Below are positions 28,321-37,890 of a stretch of DNA of 64,000 nucleotides, piece after piece. Made by a program: the position numbers and the translations under genes. Source of the stretch: a virus. The notes beneath the pieces are model-generated. The model searched no databases, had not been told where the DNA came from, and saw only the letters and a list, made by a program, of their open reading frames with translations. The stretch is taken from IMG/VR virus record IMGVR_UViG_3300037231_000119, positions 98,447 through 162,446 of that record; one strand, given 5' to 3'. Every line of letters starts with the position of its first letter. The stretch's first letter is position 1.

Positions 28321-28551
28321 ATGAAAATCCTATTTGACTACTGCCATATTATAAATGACGATTGGGACTGCAAGATGGGCCTTGATTGGTACGGTCGCGG
28401 GCCAGTTATTGGGTCTAAGCTTCCTGGGTCCAAACTCTTTACTATAGCCCTGTACGTAATTTGGTGGAGATTGAGCCTTACTTGGGTTCAGGATTACGCC
28501 AGTTATCGTAGAAGGATGGATTATAGGGTTTCGGATAGGTGGAAGAAATGA
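28321..28551 (+). CDS. Hypothetical protein
   Basis: GGAG SD. Confidence 0.45.
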   Translation: MKILFDYCHIINDDWDCKMGLDWYGRGPVIGSKLPGSKLFTIALYVIWWRLSLTWVQDYASYRRRMDYRVSDRWKK

Positions 28552-29321
28552 AAAAGTGTGCAAAATGGACAAAAGAGGAGGACGACTTTTTAATAAAAAA
28601 TTACCAAAGACTGTCCTATAGAGAAATAGCCAAATATTTGAATGGAGATAGAAATACTAGGGGAGTATCGAAAAGGGCACGTAGACTTAATTTAAAAAAA
28701 ATGACATTTATAAGTACTCATATAGAAAAGGGGCAAAGATTTAATAAGCTTGTCGCAGAAAAAGAGGGTAAGAGTGTTAAATCTCGAAAAGAAGTCAGGA
28801 GATACTGGATTTTTAAATGCGATTGCGGAAAAACAAAAGAAATCAATATAAGATCGGTAATTACTGAAAAGATAAAGTCGTGTGGATGTATATGTAGGCC
28901 ACCTGACAGATTTCTTTCTCAAAAACCTCCAGGTTTCATTTCTTGGACCAATCTTTTTTGCACTTCCAGAATGTCCGCCGAAGAACGAGAAATTCCCTTT
29001 AATTTAAATAAGGACCAATTCGTGCTCATCGCCTCACTACGGTGCCACTATTGTGGATGTAGCCCAAGAAAATGGAATGTGTATATCAAAAAAGATGGAA
29101 CCACCAGGAATAGACAATATTGTAATATTAAGGAGGACACCATAGAAAGGGCGTGGGTGCTTACTAATGGTATTGATAGGCAAAATAACGAACTGGGATA
29201 TACTATAGAAAATTGTGTTCCGTGTTGCGGAGACTGCAATGAGATGAAAATGGATAGAACAGTTGAAGAGTTTCTTACTCATATTAAAAAAATAACCGTA
29301 TTTCAGGAAAATAAAAAGTGA
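28548..29321 (+). CDS. Free-standing HNH homing endonuclease with Myb-like N-terminus
   Basis: WTKEEDDFL Myb-like start, CDCG/SCGC, CHYCG...GIDR.NN..GY...NCVPCC..CN.MK. Directly upstream of dnaE. Confidence 0.85.
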   Translation: MKKCAKWTKEEDDFLIKNYQRLSYREIAKYLNGDRNTRGVSKRARRLNLKKMTFISTHIEKGQRFNKLVAEKEGKSVKSRKEVRRYWIFKCDCGKTKEINIRSVITEKIKSCGCICRPPDRFLSQKPPGFISWTNLFCTSRMSAEEREIPFNLNKDQFVLIASLRCHYCGCSPRKWNVYIKKDGTTRNRQYCNIKEDTIERAWVLTNGIDRQNNELGYTIENCVPCCGDCNEMKMDRTVEEFLTHIKKITVFQENKK

Positions 29322-32300
29322 AAATATCGACCCACTGCCATATCGAAAGCTGTTTAAGTGGTAGTCCGATTTCTTCGATGATTGGACGTGCCATCGATAT
29401 TGATAGAGAATATTTCACCTATACCGACTTGGGCCATCTATCCAGTTTCCTCAAAGCTTACGGGATGGCTAAGAAATCGGGTCTGAAGTTCGCAGGAGGT
29501 ATTGAGTTCTATCTGAAAGACCCCAAATGCTCATTGGTTACTGGGACTAAGGCCGATCGCTGTAAATACTTTACCTCTACCCTATTCGTAAAAAATCAAG
29601 ACGCTTACCAGGCATTAGTTAAGGTGGTCTCCAGAACAGACCTACCAAAGATCGAGATCCAGGAAGAGGAGCAATCCTTGTGGTCCTGGGATGAACTGGA
29701 AAGCCTATCCAAATTCGATACTCTTCTGGTCCTAGGCGGTCCACACTGTATGGTAGGTAAGGTGCTTTTAGCTGACGGCCCAGAACTGGCCGAAAGGGTG
29801 CTACTCAAAGCCAAAGATCTATTTGGTGATCGTCTAAGCCTATCCCTTATCTGTGAAAAATGGGATAGGAAGTTCGCTTCAGTTATAAAAATTGACTATA
29901 CGGACGGTAGCCATGATTCAGTACTGGCTTCTGACACTCTTTCAACCGAGAGAGCCCGAAAAATCAAAGCTTCGGATCTCATTACCCGTGGTGGGCATTA
30001 CGAAATTAAGAGTAAGATCGTAGGAAATACCTATTTTGAAGTGAACAAGAAGATTAGGGATGTCTCAGAACATAAAGGTTTTTTGCCACTCCCAGTAGAC
30101 ATGACATTGGAAATGAACAAATTCTTCGTCAATATGGGCAAGAAATATGACATTCAACTCTTGGTTAGCGACTACGCGTTCTATGCGGAACGTAGTGACC
30201 ATATCGTTCAGACTATGATTCTCGAGGGTAAGACCAAGTTAAAATCCGATCTGCATATGAAGACTGAGGAAGAATTTGGGAATTATCTTCAAAACACTCT
30301 AAAATTGGGCTTGGACGAATCTGTCCGGATCATGATGAACAATGATTCATGGGCCAAGAATTTCGACAATTTTGAGTTGAAATACGAATTGAAGTTAACA
30401 ACGGAAACCGACAATCCATTAAAAGAATGCATGGCCGTCATTAAGAAAAATGGGCGCATGAAATGGGACAATCCTATTTATGTTTCCCGTCTTCGTGAAG
30501 AAATTACCGTTATTTGTAACAATTCCAAACGCGATCTCAGCGCATATTTTTTACCCATTGCAGATATTGTAGAGTTTTATAAAGAAAATGGGCAATTGAC
30601 AGGACCCGGAAGAGGGAGTTGCGCAGGTTCGTTGTTTTGCTTTCTGTTGGGGATATCTCATTTGGACCCTATTGTTCATGGTCTCTCCTTTCCTCGCTTT
30701 TTATCTCTTGATCGTCTAAACAATGGCGATATTCCGGATATTGACCAGGACTTCGGTTCTAGAGAGCTTCTGACGGGCAAGGATAAGAAGAGTGGTTACC
30801 TATACGGAAGATGGGGAAACAAAGTAGCTCAAGCCAGCACCCGGCATAAGGTCCGGTTGAAAAGTGCGGTGAAAGACACTAACCGATATTTTAATGGGAG
30901 TGTGGAAAAAGAAATTGAACTCCTTTCTAAAGCTCTCCCAGACCCTCCTCAAGGAGTACCAGATCAAGACTTCGTATTTGGATATGAAGATACTGACGGG
31001 AACTACAATGAGGGCATTATTGATACCTGCGAACCACTTAAAAAGTATATTGCTTCGCGACCAAAAGAATGGGAAATCGTCCAAAAATCTCTCGGCTTAA
31101 CGCGTGCTTTCTCCCAACACGCTAGTGCCTATATTATTAGCGACGGCCCTATTTCTGACGTTCTTCCCACAAAGGAAGGTCACATAACCCAATATGAGGC
31201 CAAGCAGTGTGAAGCTGCTGGACAAATTAAATTCGATTTTTTGACCGTATCCAACATTAAGGATATAGAAATCTGCCTAAATCTCATAAATAAGAAAAAT
31301 GGTGAAAGTAACACTATAGGATACTTCACCCATAAGGATAAGCTGGAATATATTTGGGATTTGCCAAATGATCCCGGATCTTTCAAAAGCGTTTGGGGCG
31401 GTAATACCGAGAGTTGTTTTCAGATCAGTTCTAATTCTATGAAACATTTCGTTAAAGAAATTCTTCCAAAAACGGTAGACGACATCTCCGTAATTCTGGC
31501 GCTTGATAGACCGGGCCCCCTGGATTATATTGATGAGGAGACCGGAAGATCCATGGCAGAAGAGTACATTTGGAGGCATCAAGGAAAGTCAAAATCTAAT
31601 TTTAAAGAACTTTCCGATATGATTCCGGAGACTTACGGGATATTGTGCTTTCAAGAGCAGAATCTTTTGATCTCCAAGGAGCTTGGAGGTATGACTCCGG
31701 GAGATGCGGAAAAACTTCGCCGCCTGTTTTCTAAGAAGGAGAAAAAATTAGCTGGAGAGATGAAACCAATTTTTATGTCTACGGCTGTAGCTAAGATCGG
31801 CGAAGAAAAAGCAAGTAAGATTTGGGATATGTTGGAAGCAAGTTCCCGATATAATTTTAATTTGTCGCATAGTAAAAGTTACGCAATGATTACATACGCT
31901 TGCATGTTTCTACGACACAATTATCCACTCGAGTGGTGGGCCGCCATCCTCACCAATGCCAAAGAGAAAGAGATTTCCGGTAAGTTGTGGCCCCATGTCA
32001 AGCATATTTTAGCTCCTCCAGATATCAATCTCTCCTCCGATGAAATGGAAATCGACTACGCTAATGGGCTAATCAGGGCCAAATTGGGCGTCGTACGTGG
32101 AATGGGCGAAAAAACCATAGATCCTATTGTGGCTGGTAGACCCTATAAAGACATCCAAGACTTCGTTAATCGTGAAGTGGCAGGACCTGGACTCGCTAGG
32201 AAGCTCACTCATGTTGGTGTTCTGGATTCTCTTTATCCGCCAAAACTTGAACTCTTGCAAAAAATGCAACTGTTGGAAGATGCCACGGAAATCAGGAAAT

Positions 32301-32872
32301 TCAACCAGAAGCTAGAAAAGGCCGCTTTAGAAGAGAAGACTATCAAAGCGACTGAAGCCAAGAAAGGTGTCATTCCGGAGGAGTATCTGAATATTGAGAA
32401 GGATCCGATGAAGAATGCGGCTATCAAAAAGTCGATTCTCCCAAGTCTTCTAGTTGGCCTGTACGATTTAGGCCAAAACTACTCCAAATGTATCCCCAGA
32501 ACAGCCCCATCTAAGATGATGAGATCTCCTACCAATCATAGGCTCGAGGTCTTATTGATCAATGGCGAACGCTTACAGGCCTTGGACGAGAGGCCCGGAG
32601 ATATGATTCCAAAGGATCTTTACGTCGCGGTATGTGCCTTTGTGGTTTCAACTAGTATTTTTGACTATAAGAAGAATACGAAGCAAGCCTTGAAGGTCGT
32701 TTTGGACGTGGATGGGGTTGTAGGAGAAAGGATCTGCTGGCCCCAGTATCCAAGTGGCGATTTAGTGTATCCCAAGGAACTTAAGAAGGGACAAATTGCT
32801 ACTGTATTTCTAAAGAAGCGCGCAAACAGTAATGATATCTGCAGCATACAAGAAATCGTTATTGAAGCTTGA
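29318..32872 (+). CDS. dnaE: DNA polymerase III alpha subunit (family C)
   Basis: PHP HCH/TD.G/GIE; GPGRGSCAGSL; PDIDQDF; QHASA; KFDFL; RPGP; FNLSHS..YA; HhH and OB domains. Confidence 0.95.
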   Translation: MKISTHCHIESCLSGSPISSMIGRAIDIDREYFTYTDLGHLSSFLKAYGMAKKSGLKFAGGIEFYLKDPKCSLVTGTKADRCKYFTSTLFVKNQDAYQALVKVVSRTDLPKIEIQEEEQSLWSWDELESLSKFDTLLVLGGPHCMVGKVLLADGPELAERVLLKAKDLFGDRLSLSLICEKWDRKFASVIKIDYTDGSHDSVLASDTLSTERARKIKASDLITRGGHYEIKSKIVGNTYFEVNKKIRDVSEHKGFLPLPVDMTLEMNKFFVNMGKKYDIQLLVSDYAFYAERSDHIVQTMILEGKTKLKSDLHMKTEEEFGNYLQNTLKLGLDESVRIMMNNDSWAKNFDNFELKYELKLTTETDNPLKECMAVIKKNGRMKWDNPIYVSRLREEITVICNNSKRDLSAYFLPIADIVEFYKENGQLTGPGRGSCAGSLFCFLLGISHLDPIVHGLSFPRFLSLDRLNNGDIPDIDQDFGSRELLTGKDKKSGYLYGRWGNKVAQASTRHKVRLKSAVKDTNRYFNGSVEKEIELLSKALPDPPQGVPDQDFVFGYEDTDGNYNEGIIDTCEPLKKYIASRPKEWEIVQKSLGLTRAFSQHASAYIISDGPISDVLPTKEGHITQYEAKQCEAAGQIKFDFLTVSNIKDIEICLNLINKKNGESNTIGYFTHKDKLEYIWDLPNDPGSFKSVWGGNTESCFQISSNSMKHFVKEILPKTVDDISVILALDRPGPLDYIDEETGRSMAEEYIWRHQGKSKSNFKELSDMIPETYGILCFQEQNLLISKELGGMTPGDAEKLRRLFSKKEKKLAGEMKPIFMSTAVAKIGEEKASKIWDMLEASSRYNFNLSHSKSYAMITYACMFLRHNYPLEWWAAILTNAKEKEISGKLWPHVKHILAPPDINLSSDEMEIDYANGLIRAKLGVVRGMGEKTIDPIVAGRPYKDIQDFVNREVAGPGLARKLTHVGVLDSLYPPKLELLQKMQLLEDATEIRKFNQKLEKAALEEKTIKATEAKKGVIPEEYLNIEKDPMKNAAIKKSILPSLLVGLYDLGQNYSKCIPRTAPSKMMRSPTNHRLEVLLINGERLQALDERPGDMIPKDLYVAVCAFVVSTSIFDYKKNTKQALKVVLDVDGVVGERICWPQYPSGDLVYPKELKKGQIATVFLKKRANSNDICSIQEIVIEA

Positions 32873-32902
32873 CTTTGAATAAATCTGGAGTATCATATTT
32901 GT

Positions 32903-33622
32903 ATGAAGTTCAGTTTATCTATATTTACTATCCTCCTAGCATCCTCCTGTCAGGCTTCCCCAAAGGTCCATAGACAGATTAAGGTCGCAGTTTTGGACAC
33001 TGGCCTAGACCTGAACGATCCTCGTTTTAAAGACCATTTATGCCGATCTGGCCATCAGAATTTCGTAACTAATCAGGGTATGGAGGACAACCACGGTCAT
33101 GGCACATTCATTGTGGGTCTTATTCAGCAATATGCCCAAAATGCAAACTATTGTATGACCATATATAAGTACTACCAAGATGGGGCACCGGACAAAATAA
33201 ATGATCATAGGGAAGTGGCGGCTATTAAAGCAGCCATTGATGGAGGGGCAGATATTGTCAATCTCTCAGGAGGAGGTCCTGGATTTGATGAGGATGAGGC
33301 TCTCTTAATTAGGGACAATCCTAAGGTCCTATTTGTGGTCGCGGCTGGGAACGCTGGAGCTAATATGGATATTTCAGGTAATGAATTTTATCCAGCATCC
33401 CTCCCATATAACAATATTTTGGCTGTTGGCGGTATCGATCGCTATGGTAATAGGACATCGGCATCTAATTATGGCAAGAAGGTTAACGCCAAGGAGCTTG
33501 GACAAGATGTTGAGTCCACTCTACCAAATGGACAGACTGGTATCTTATCGGGAACGAGTATGAGTTGCGCCATTCATACCGGAAAACTAGTTGACAGACT
33601 GTCAAAAGTATGGAACTATTAA
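32903..33622 (+). CDS. Subtilisin-like S8 serine protease with signal peptide
   Basis: VAVLDTG (Asp), HGHGT (His), AAGN, GTSMS (Ser); hydrophobic N-terminus. Confidence 0.9.
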   Translation: MKFSLSIFTILLASSCQASPKVHRQIKVAVLDTGLDLNDPRFKDHLCRSGHQNFVTNQGMEDNHGHGTFIVGLIQQYAQNANYCMTIYKYYQDGAPDKINDHREVAAIKAAIDGGADIVNLSGGGPGFDEDEALLIRDNPKVLFVVAAGNAGANMDISGNEFYPASLPYNNILAVGGIDRYGNRTSASNYGKKVNAKELGQDVESTLPNGQTGILSGTSMSCAIHTGKLVDRLSKVWNY

Positions 33623-33638
33623 GCAATAGGGAGCACTC

Positions 33639-33881
33639 ATGGCCACACCGACTGACTTTAAGCTTATTAGGGAAAAGAGTTTAGATAAGGAAACCCACCT
33701 TAAAATTACCAAGAATATCATGAGCGGACGGATCTTTGTGGAGTTTAAATCCCATAATCCAAATATTACGCTTCAGAAGTCTTTTCAGGATTCTATGCAC
33801 GGTAAGCTTGAATCGGAAAAATTTGCCAAAAGTATACGAAGCACAGAACAACTTAGACTATATTTTGGGATTAAGAAATGA
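33639..33881 (+). CDS. Hypothetical protein
   Basis: GGGAG SD; promoter TTGACA at 33591. Confidence 0.55.
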   Translation: MATPTDFKLIREKSLDKETHLKITKNIMSGRIFVEFKSHNPNITLQKSFQDSMHGKLESEKFAKSIRSTEQLRLYFGIKK

Positions 33882-34108
33882 CGAAGTTAGAAAAAATCGC
33901 GTTAGATTGGGCCGAATCTAATTCCTCTCCTGATGCTAATGAGGGTCGCGACCAAATGTACGACTTCCTAATAGCTGTTCAGCAGCAAGCCTATGCGGAT
34001 GGAGTTCTCAAGGGAATAGATATGTGCGAAGATTTACACGATAGGGATGATTTATCTGGAAACGGATTTTATAAATTAAGAAATAGTTTGACTTCTTGGA
34101 ACAATTGA
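33878..34108 (+). CDS. Hypothetical protein
   Basis: ATGA overlap. Confidence 0.5.
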   Translation: MTKLEKIALDWAESNSSPDANEGRDQMYDFLIAVQQQAYADGVLKGIDMCEDLHDRDDLSGNGFYKLRNSLTSWNN

Positions 34109-34441
34109 CACACTATTAATGAAAGAGGAACCTACGCTGTGATCGATATTAAAGAATTGCGCAAAGTAGCCGAATTGGCCGAGCCAGGACCTTGGGGACC
34201 ATGGACAGGAAACTACCCCTTCTATGTGGATGTTCGTAAGCCATCTGCGTCTCTTTCTAAACATGATGACCAAAGGCCGACTTATTGGGCGCATAACGAC
34301 GCCGCATTCGTTCTTACCTTTAATCCCAAAATGGCTTTGGAGCTTTTGGATGAGATCGAAAGACTGAAAGAAATCGAAGCAATTGCAAAGAATATCTATT
34401 GACTTAAATCGATAATTGACACACTATAAATGAAAGAGGAA
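34103..34441 (+). repeat. 28-bp direct repeat (promoter -10 plus SD) at 34103-34130 and 34414-34441
   Basis: AATTGACACACTAT(T/A)AATGAAAGAGGAA, 27/28 identical; each copy is preceded by TTGACT. Confidence 0.85.
34139..34402 (+). CDS. Ead/Ea22-like protein
   Basis: ELRKVAELAEPGPW...DAAFV..FNP..ALELLDEIERL. Confidence 0.65.
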   Translation: MIDIKELRKVAELAEPGPWGPWTGNYPFYVDVRKPSASLSKHDDQRPTYWAHNDAAFVLTFNPKMALELLDEIERLKEIEAIAKNIY

Positions 34442-34446
34442 TAAAA

Positions 34447-35214
34447 ATGTCATTGAAAAGTATCTTGAAAGAAATTGAAACGAATCGCCCAAATGCGGAA
34501 ATGGTAGTGGAAACGGGCAATCCTGCTACTTTGGGTGGCCGTACTGGCCTTAAGCGTGCGGCCGTAGAAGCAACGAAACGTCTCCGTACGGACTATCGTA
34601 ACGCCCTCTTAGCCCAAACGGCGTTCATTTTGGTCACGGGACCACACCGTAATGAATTCAGTGAGCTTGCCTCAAATGAGAACTTTGGCTGTTTCTCTGC
34701 CGATCCAGAAGAGTTCTTTAAGGACCTTACCTCTAAAATTAGTCCCACCCTTTTCGGTCGGGAAGGTACGCGCCAACTTTTCAATATTGCGGGTCGTATC
34801 CTGGAAGATAAGATGGGAGATCTGGATATTGGTTCTTATCCAATGCTCGCTTTCAGTGAGAAGTATAATTCGTCATCTGCCACACCTTCGGACTTTACAG
34901 CTCTGATTCGGAATGCTATCGTCGATCAGGTGGGATCTGAATTGGTTGGTATTAACGCGGTACACTCAATCGTTAATTTGGCAATTTCCAAGAACCATTC
35001 TGATCCAGTAACCCCAGTGGTTTTGAATACTTCCGATGAAAAGTTCGCTTTGGATCTTCAGAAGAATTTGAAGCGCCTTACCAATAGGGTCTTTCTGGTT
35101 TCGGCTGGAAAATCCGAGTCCCTTAAAAATAACAAGGACGTTATGACGGTCAAAAAAGTATCGGAAGAGACCGTTGGCGAAGTTCTTAGCAATATCCGTA
35201 ACAAGATTCTTTAA
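34447..35214 (+). CDS. Hypothetical protein, possibly a degenerate nucleotide-kinase fold
   Basis: FILVTGP lacks the GK[ST] of a P-loop; the fold guess is weak. Confidence 0.55.
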   Translation: MSLKSILKEIETNRPNAEMVVETGNPATLGGRTGLKRAAVEATKRLRTDYRNALLAQTAFILVTGPHRNEFSELASNENFGCFSADPEEFFKDLTSKISPTLFGREGTRQLFNIAGRILEDKMGDLDIGSYPMLAFSEKYNSSSATPSDFTALIRNAIVDQVGSELVGINAVHSIVNLAISKNHSDPVTPVVLNTSDEKFALDLQKNLKRLTNRVFLVSAGKSESLKNNKDVMTVKKVSEETVGEVLSNIRNKIL

Positions 35215-35228
35215 AAGGAGAAATAAAT

Positions 35229-36275
35229 ATGAGCGATTTTGGAACACCTAATTATGGCGGCAAGAAAGAATTCAAAAAGAAGAACGATTGGAGTCTCGAG
35301 CAGGGTGATCAAACCTATCGTATTGTCCCTCCTCGCGGTAATCTTCGCGAATCTGGACGTTGGAGCCAGTACTATTCTGTAGTCTGGGGATTTAAGAATA
35401 GCCAGGGTAAGCTTCGCCCTTTTGCCTCTCCTTTTGAGCGCAATCAGGATAAGACCACTAAGGTTCCATGCGCTGCTTCAGACTTCATCAATAATCTGAA
35501 GGCTCGTCTCGAGAAGGCTAAGGAAGATGGTAACCAACAAGCCGTGGCTAGCTTGACCGCTCTTTGTGCTTGGGATCCAGTCGCTAAGAAGCCAGGCAAC
35601 TATAGCATCGATAGTAAGCATCATATGACGGTGGTAGACCTCAATGGTAATGTCGGTAAGCTTAAGATTGGCCATAAGGTTAAACAGGCCCTCGATATTG
35701 AAATTGAGAAGCTTCGTGATGCCGGTATCGATCCGCTCTCACCAGAAGATGGGCGTTTCTTTACCTTCTCTAAGAGTGGCCAGAATCGTGACACTAACGT
35801 TAAAATCTCGGTATATAAGCAAAAGATAGACATTCCAAATATTGGGGTCGTAGAAAAGGATCTATCTCACAAGATCGACGCTGCTTTGGCCAATAAAATT
35901 AAAGAGGACGCTTTTGATCTCGAGAAGCTCTTCACCTTCGTTACGGCTGAGGAATGTAAGGCGATCGTGGACAATGTGGCGATTGGGACTGGTGTATCTC
36001 CTGCCTGTGACCAAATCTTTGATGCGAAATGGAAGGCACAACGGGAAAATAAGGCTCCTCAGGTTACTCCTGCAGCTTCCTCCTATGAGTACAATAACGC
36101 CCATTCGGCAGTGCGCCCAACTACTCAGGCACCCGCTCAATTGGCAACTCCAGCACCAGTCGTTGTTGCTCCCGTAACTCCAGCAGCGCAAGTTGTGGCT
36201 CCTAAGGCTGCAGCTCAACCCGTGTCTCTTGACGATATGAGCCACGATGACTTCTTTGCGATGATTGGACAGTAA
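35229..36275 (+). CDS. Single-stranded DNA-binding protein (gp32-like)
   Basis: YRIVPP, DPLSPEDGRFF.FSK.G and an acidic C-terminal tail DDMSHDDFF. Upstream of UvsY-like and RecA genes. Confidence 0.7.
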   Translation: MSDFGTPNYGGKKEFKKKNDWSLEQGDQTYRIVPPRGNLRESGRWSQYYSVVWGFKNSQGKLRPFASPFERNQDKTTKVPCAASDFINNLKARLEKAKEDGNQQAVASLTALCAWDPVAKKPGNYSIDSKHHMTVVDLNGNVGKLKIGHKVKQALDIEIEKLRDAGIDPLSPEDGRFFTFSKSGQNRDTNVKISVYKQKIDIPNIGVVEKDLSHKIDAALANKIKEDAFDLEKLFTFVTAEECKAIVDNVAIGTGVSPACDQIFDAKWKAQRENKAPQVTPAASSYEYNNAHSAVRPTTQAPAQLATPAPVVVAPVTPAAQVVAPKAAAQPVSLDDMSHDDFFAMIGQ

Positions 36276-36276
36276 T

Positions 36277-36654
36277 ATGGAACTTAACCCCGAAGTTGAT
36301 TTGGATATCGATACAGAAAACCTAACCTCTGAAATTAAGAGGCTCTCATTGGTTCTGTATCGATACTATAAGTACAAGGCGCAAGTTGAGACCAAACGGG
36401 ACGTTGCCAAGGCTAAGCTAAGGGAAGTTAAGGCCAATTCATACAAGAGGATTAAGAGCGATACGTTCGTGAAACATACAGAGAAGAGTCTGGAAGCGGA
36501 GATTGATACCGATCCTTATGTTATCGAGGCCCAAATGGTTCTTATCAGGGCGGAACACGACGCCTCTACTTGGTTCGGAGCCGTTGACTCAATGAAGGCC
36601 AAGAAGGATATGCTCGTGCAACTCAATTCGGACAGACGGAAAGAAGTAGGATAG
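36277..36654 (+). CDS. UvsY-like recombination mediator
   Basis: Helical protein with TEKSLEAEIDTDP...KKDMLVQL, located between SSB and RecA. Confidence 0.65.
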   Translation: MELNPEVDLDIDTENLTSEIKRLSLVLYRYYKYKAQVETKRDVAKAKLREVKANSYKRIKSDTFVKHTEKSLEAEIDTDPYVIEAQMVLIRAEHDASTWFGAVDSMKAKKDMLVQLNSDRRKEVG

Positions 36655-36656
36655 TT

Positions 36657-36839
36657 ATGCTTGTTCACAATAAACTAAGAATTACGCTAACTAATCAAGA
36701 AGCAGATGACCTATCTTCCATTCTTAGAGATTTTTTCCGATACATGGAAGAATTGAAATTGGGAGAAAATTCTACTAGGACTGAATTGGCGGCGGAGTTG
36801 ATTCTAGATTTAGAACATGCGATATTAAAGAGGAAATAG
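36657..36839 (+). CDS. Hypothetical protein
   Basis: Fills the gap in the operon. Confidence 0.45.
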   Translation: MLVHNKLRITLTNQEADDLSSILRDFFRYMEELKLGENSTRTELAAELILDLEHAILKRK

Positions 36840-36841
36840 AT

Positions 36842-37744
36842 ATGGCTAAAGAAGAAGTGTCTCTGATAGATCGTATTCGTAATCGTCTTAATGAAAGTAG
36901 TGGTAAGGAGCTTGTTAAAGTTTTCGGAGAGGGGGATAGTCTGCTCCAGGTGAAGTCTTGGATTCCCCTCAAGCCCTTCTTTAAGCTTGGAACGGGCGGT
37001 GAGGGATTCCCCTGCGGCCATATTACTACCATTATTGGACGCCCCGATAGTGGAAAATCTACGATCGCCATGGAAGGTATGGTCTCTTGCCAAAAGATGG
37101 GGGGGATTGTGTATCTTCTAGATTCTGAACACAAGTTCTCAATGGGCCGGTTCGCTCTTATGGGCGGCAATCCTAAGGATATCATGGTCATTCAGACAGA
37201 TACACTGGAAGAGGCTTGGACGGCATACGAAAATATTCTCAAAGAGGTTGTTGCTCTTAGAGAAGAGGGGGTTAAGGTTCCCATGATGTTGGTGTGGGAT
37301 TCCGTGGCTGCGAGCGTTCCAGAGGCTATGATGCAATCTGAAGCCGGTGATCAACATATGTCGTTAGAGGCAAAGATTAACAACAAAAATGCGCGAAGGC
37401 TTAAGCAATTGATTGAAAAAACAGAACTTGCGGCAGTTCATATCAATCATTATTATATGACCGTTGCTAAAACCAAGTTTGAGCAGTCGGAACTTATTAT
37501 TAAAGGCGGCGAAGAGTTGAGTTTTTTATCCACCCTAATTCTCCGCACAAAGCAGGGCGCTAAGATCACCAGGACCGTCTTGGGCGAAGAACAGCAAATT
37601 GGACGCGTTACTCGATTCTTCGTCCATAAGGGCCACTTCCACGGGCGAACAATTACCAAAGATGTCAATGTCGTAGATATTGGCATTCTGGAGACTCCAG
37701 AACAGCTTAACGAATATAAGAAGTCGTTGAGAGGCGAGATTTGA
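36842..37744 (+). CDS. recA: RecA/UvsX recombinase
   Basis: GRPDSGKST, LDSEH, VWDSVAA, INH and GGEEL.F. Confidence 0.9.
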   Translation: MAKEEVSLIDRIRNRLNESSGKELVKVFGEGDSLLQVKSWIPLKPFFKLGTGGEGFPCGHITTIIGRPDSGKSTIAMEGMVSCQKMGGIVYLLDSEHKFSMGRFALMGGNPKDIMVIQTDTLEEAWTAYENILKEVVALREEGVKVPMMLVWDSVAASVPEAMMQSEAGDQHMSLEAKINNKNARRLKQLIEKTELAAVHINHYYMTVAKTKFEQSELIIKGGEELSFLSTLILRTKQGAKITRTVLGEEQQIGRVTRFFVHKGHFHGRTITKDVNVVDIGILETPEQLNEYKKSLRGEI

Positions 37745-37757
37745 AGACACGTAAAAT

Positions 37758-37884
37758 TTGGCGGCAGTGTTGAATCGTAGAAACATAGCCTGCCAAAAGT
37801 GGGCGCCTTAGGAACCTAGTCAGTTCCGACATCTATCCTGGACAGGTCGGATGGGGAAGTAGGGGTAACGGCCTACCCGCCAAA
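37758..37884 (+). ncRNA. tRNA-like structured RNA (non-canonical)
   Basis: TTTGGCGG/CCGCCAAA closing stem, D-like arm GTGTT..AACAT, stem GCCTG/TGGGC, a long extra region, and T-like arm GTAGG-GGTAACGG-CCTAC next to the 3' strand. No TTCRA. Confidence 0.45.
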
Positions 37885-37890
37885 AGAGAT

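Noticed and set aside
37758-37884. Canonical tRNA gene
   Set aside because: It lacks the TTCRA T-loop, the D-loop GG and U33, so it is kept only as a tRNA-like RNA.
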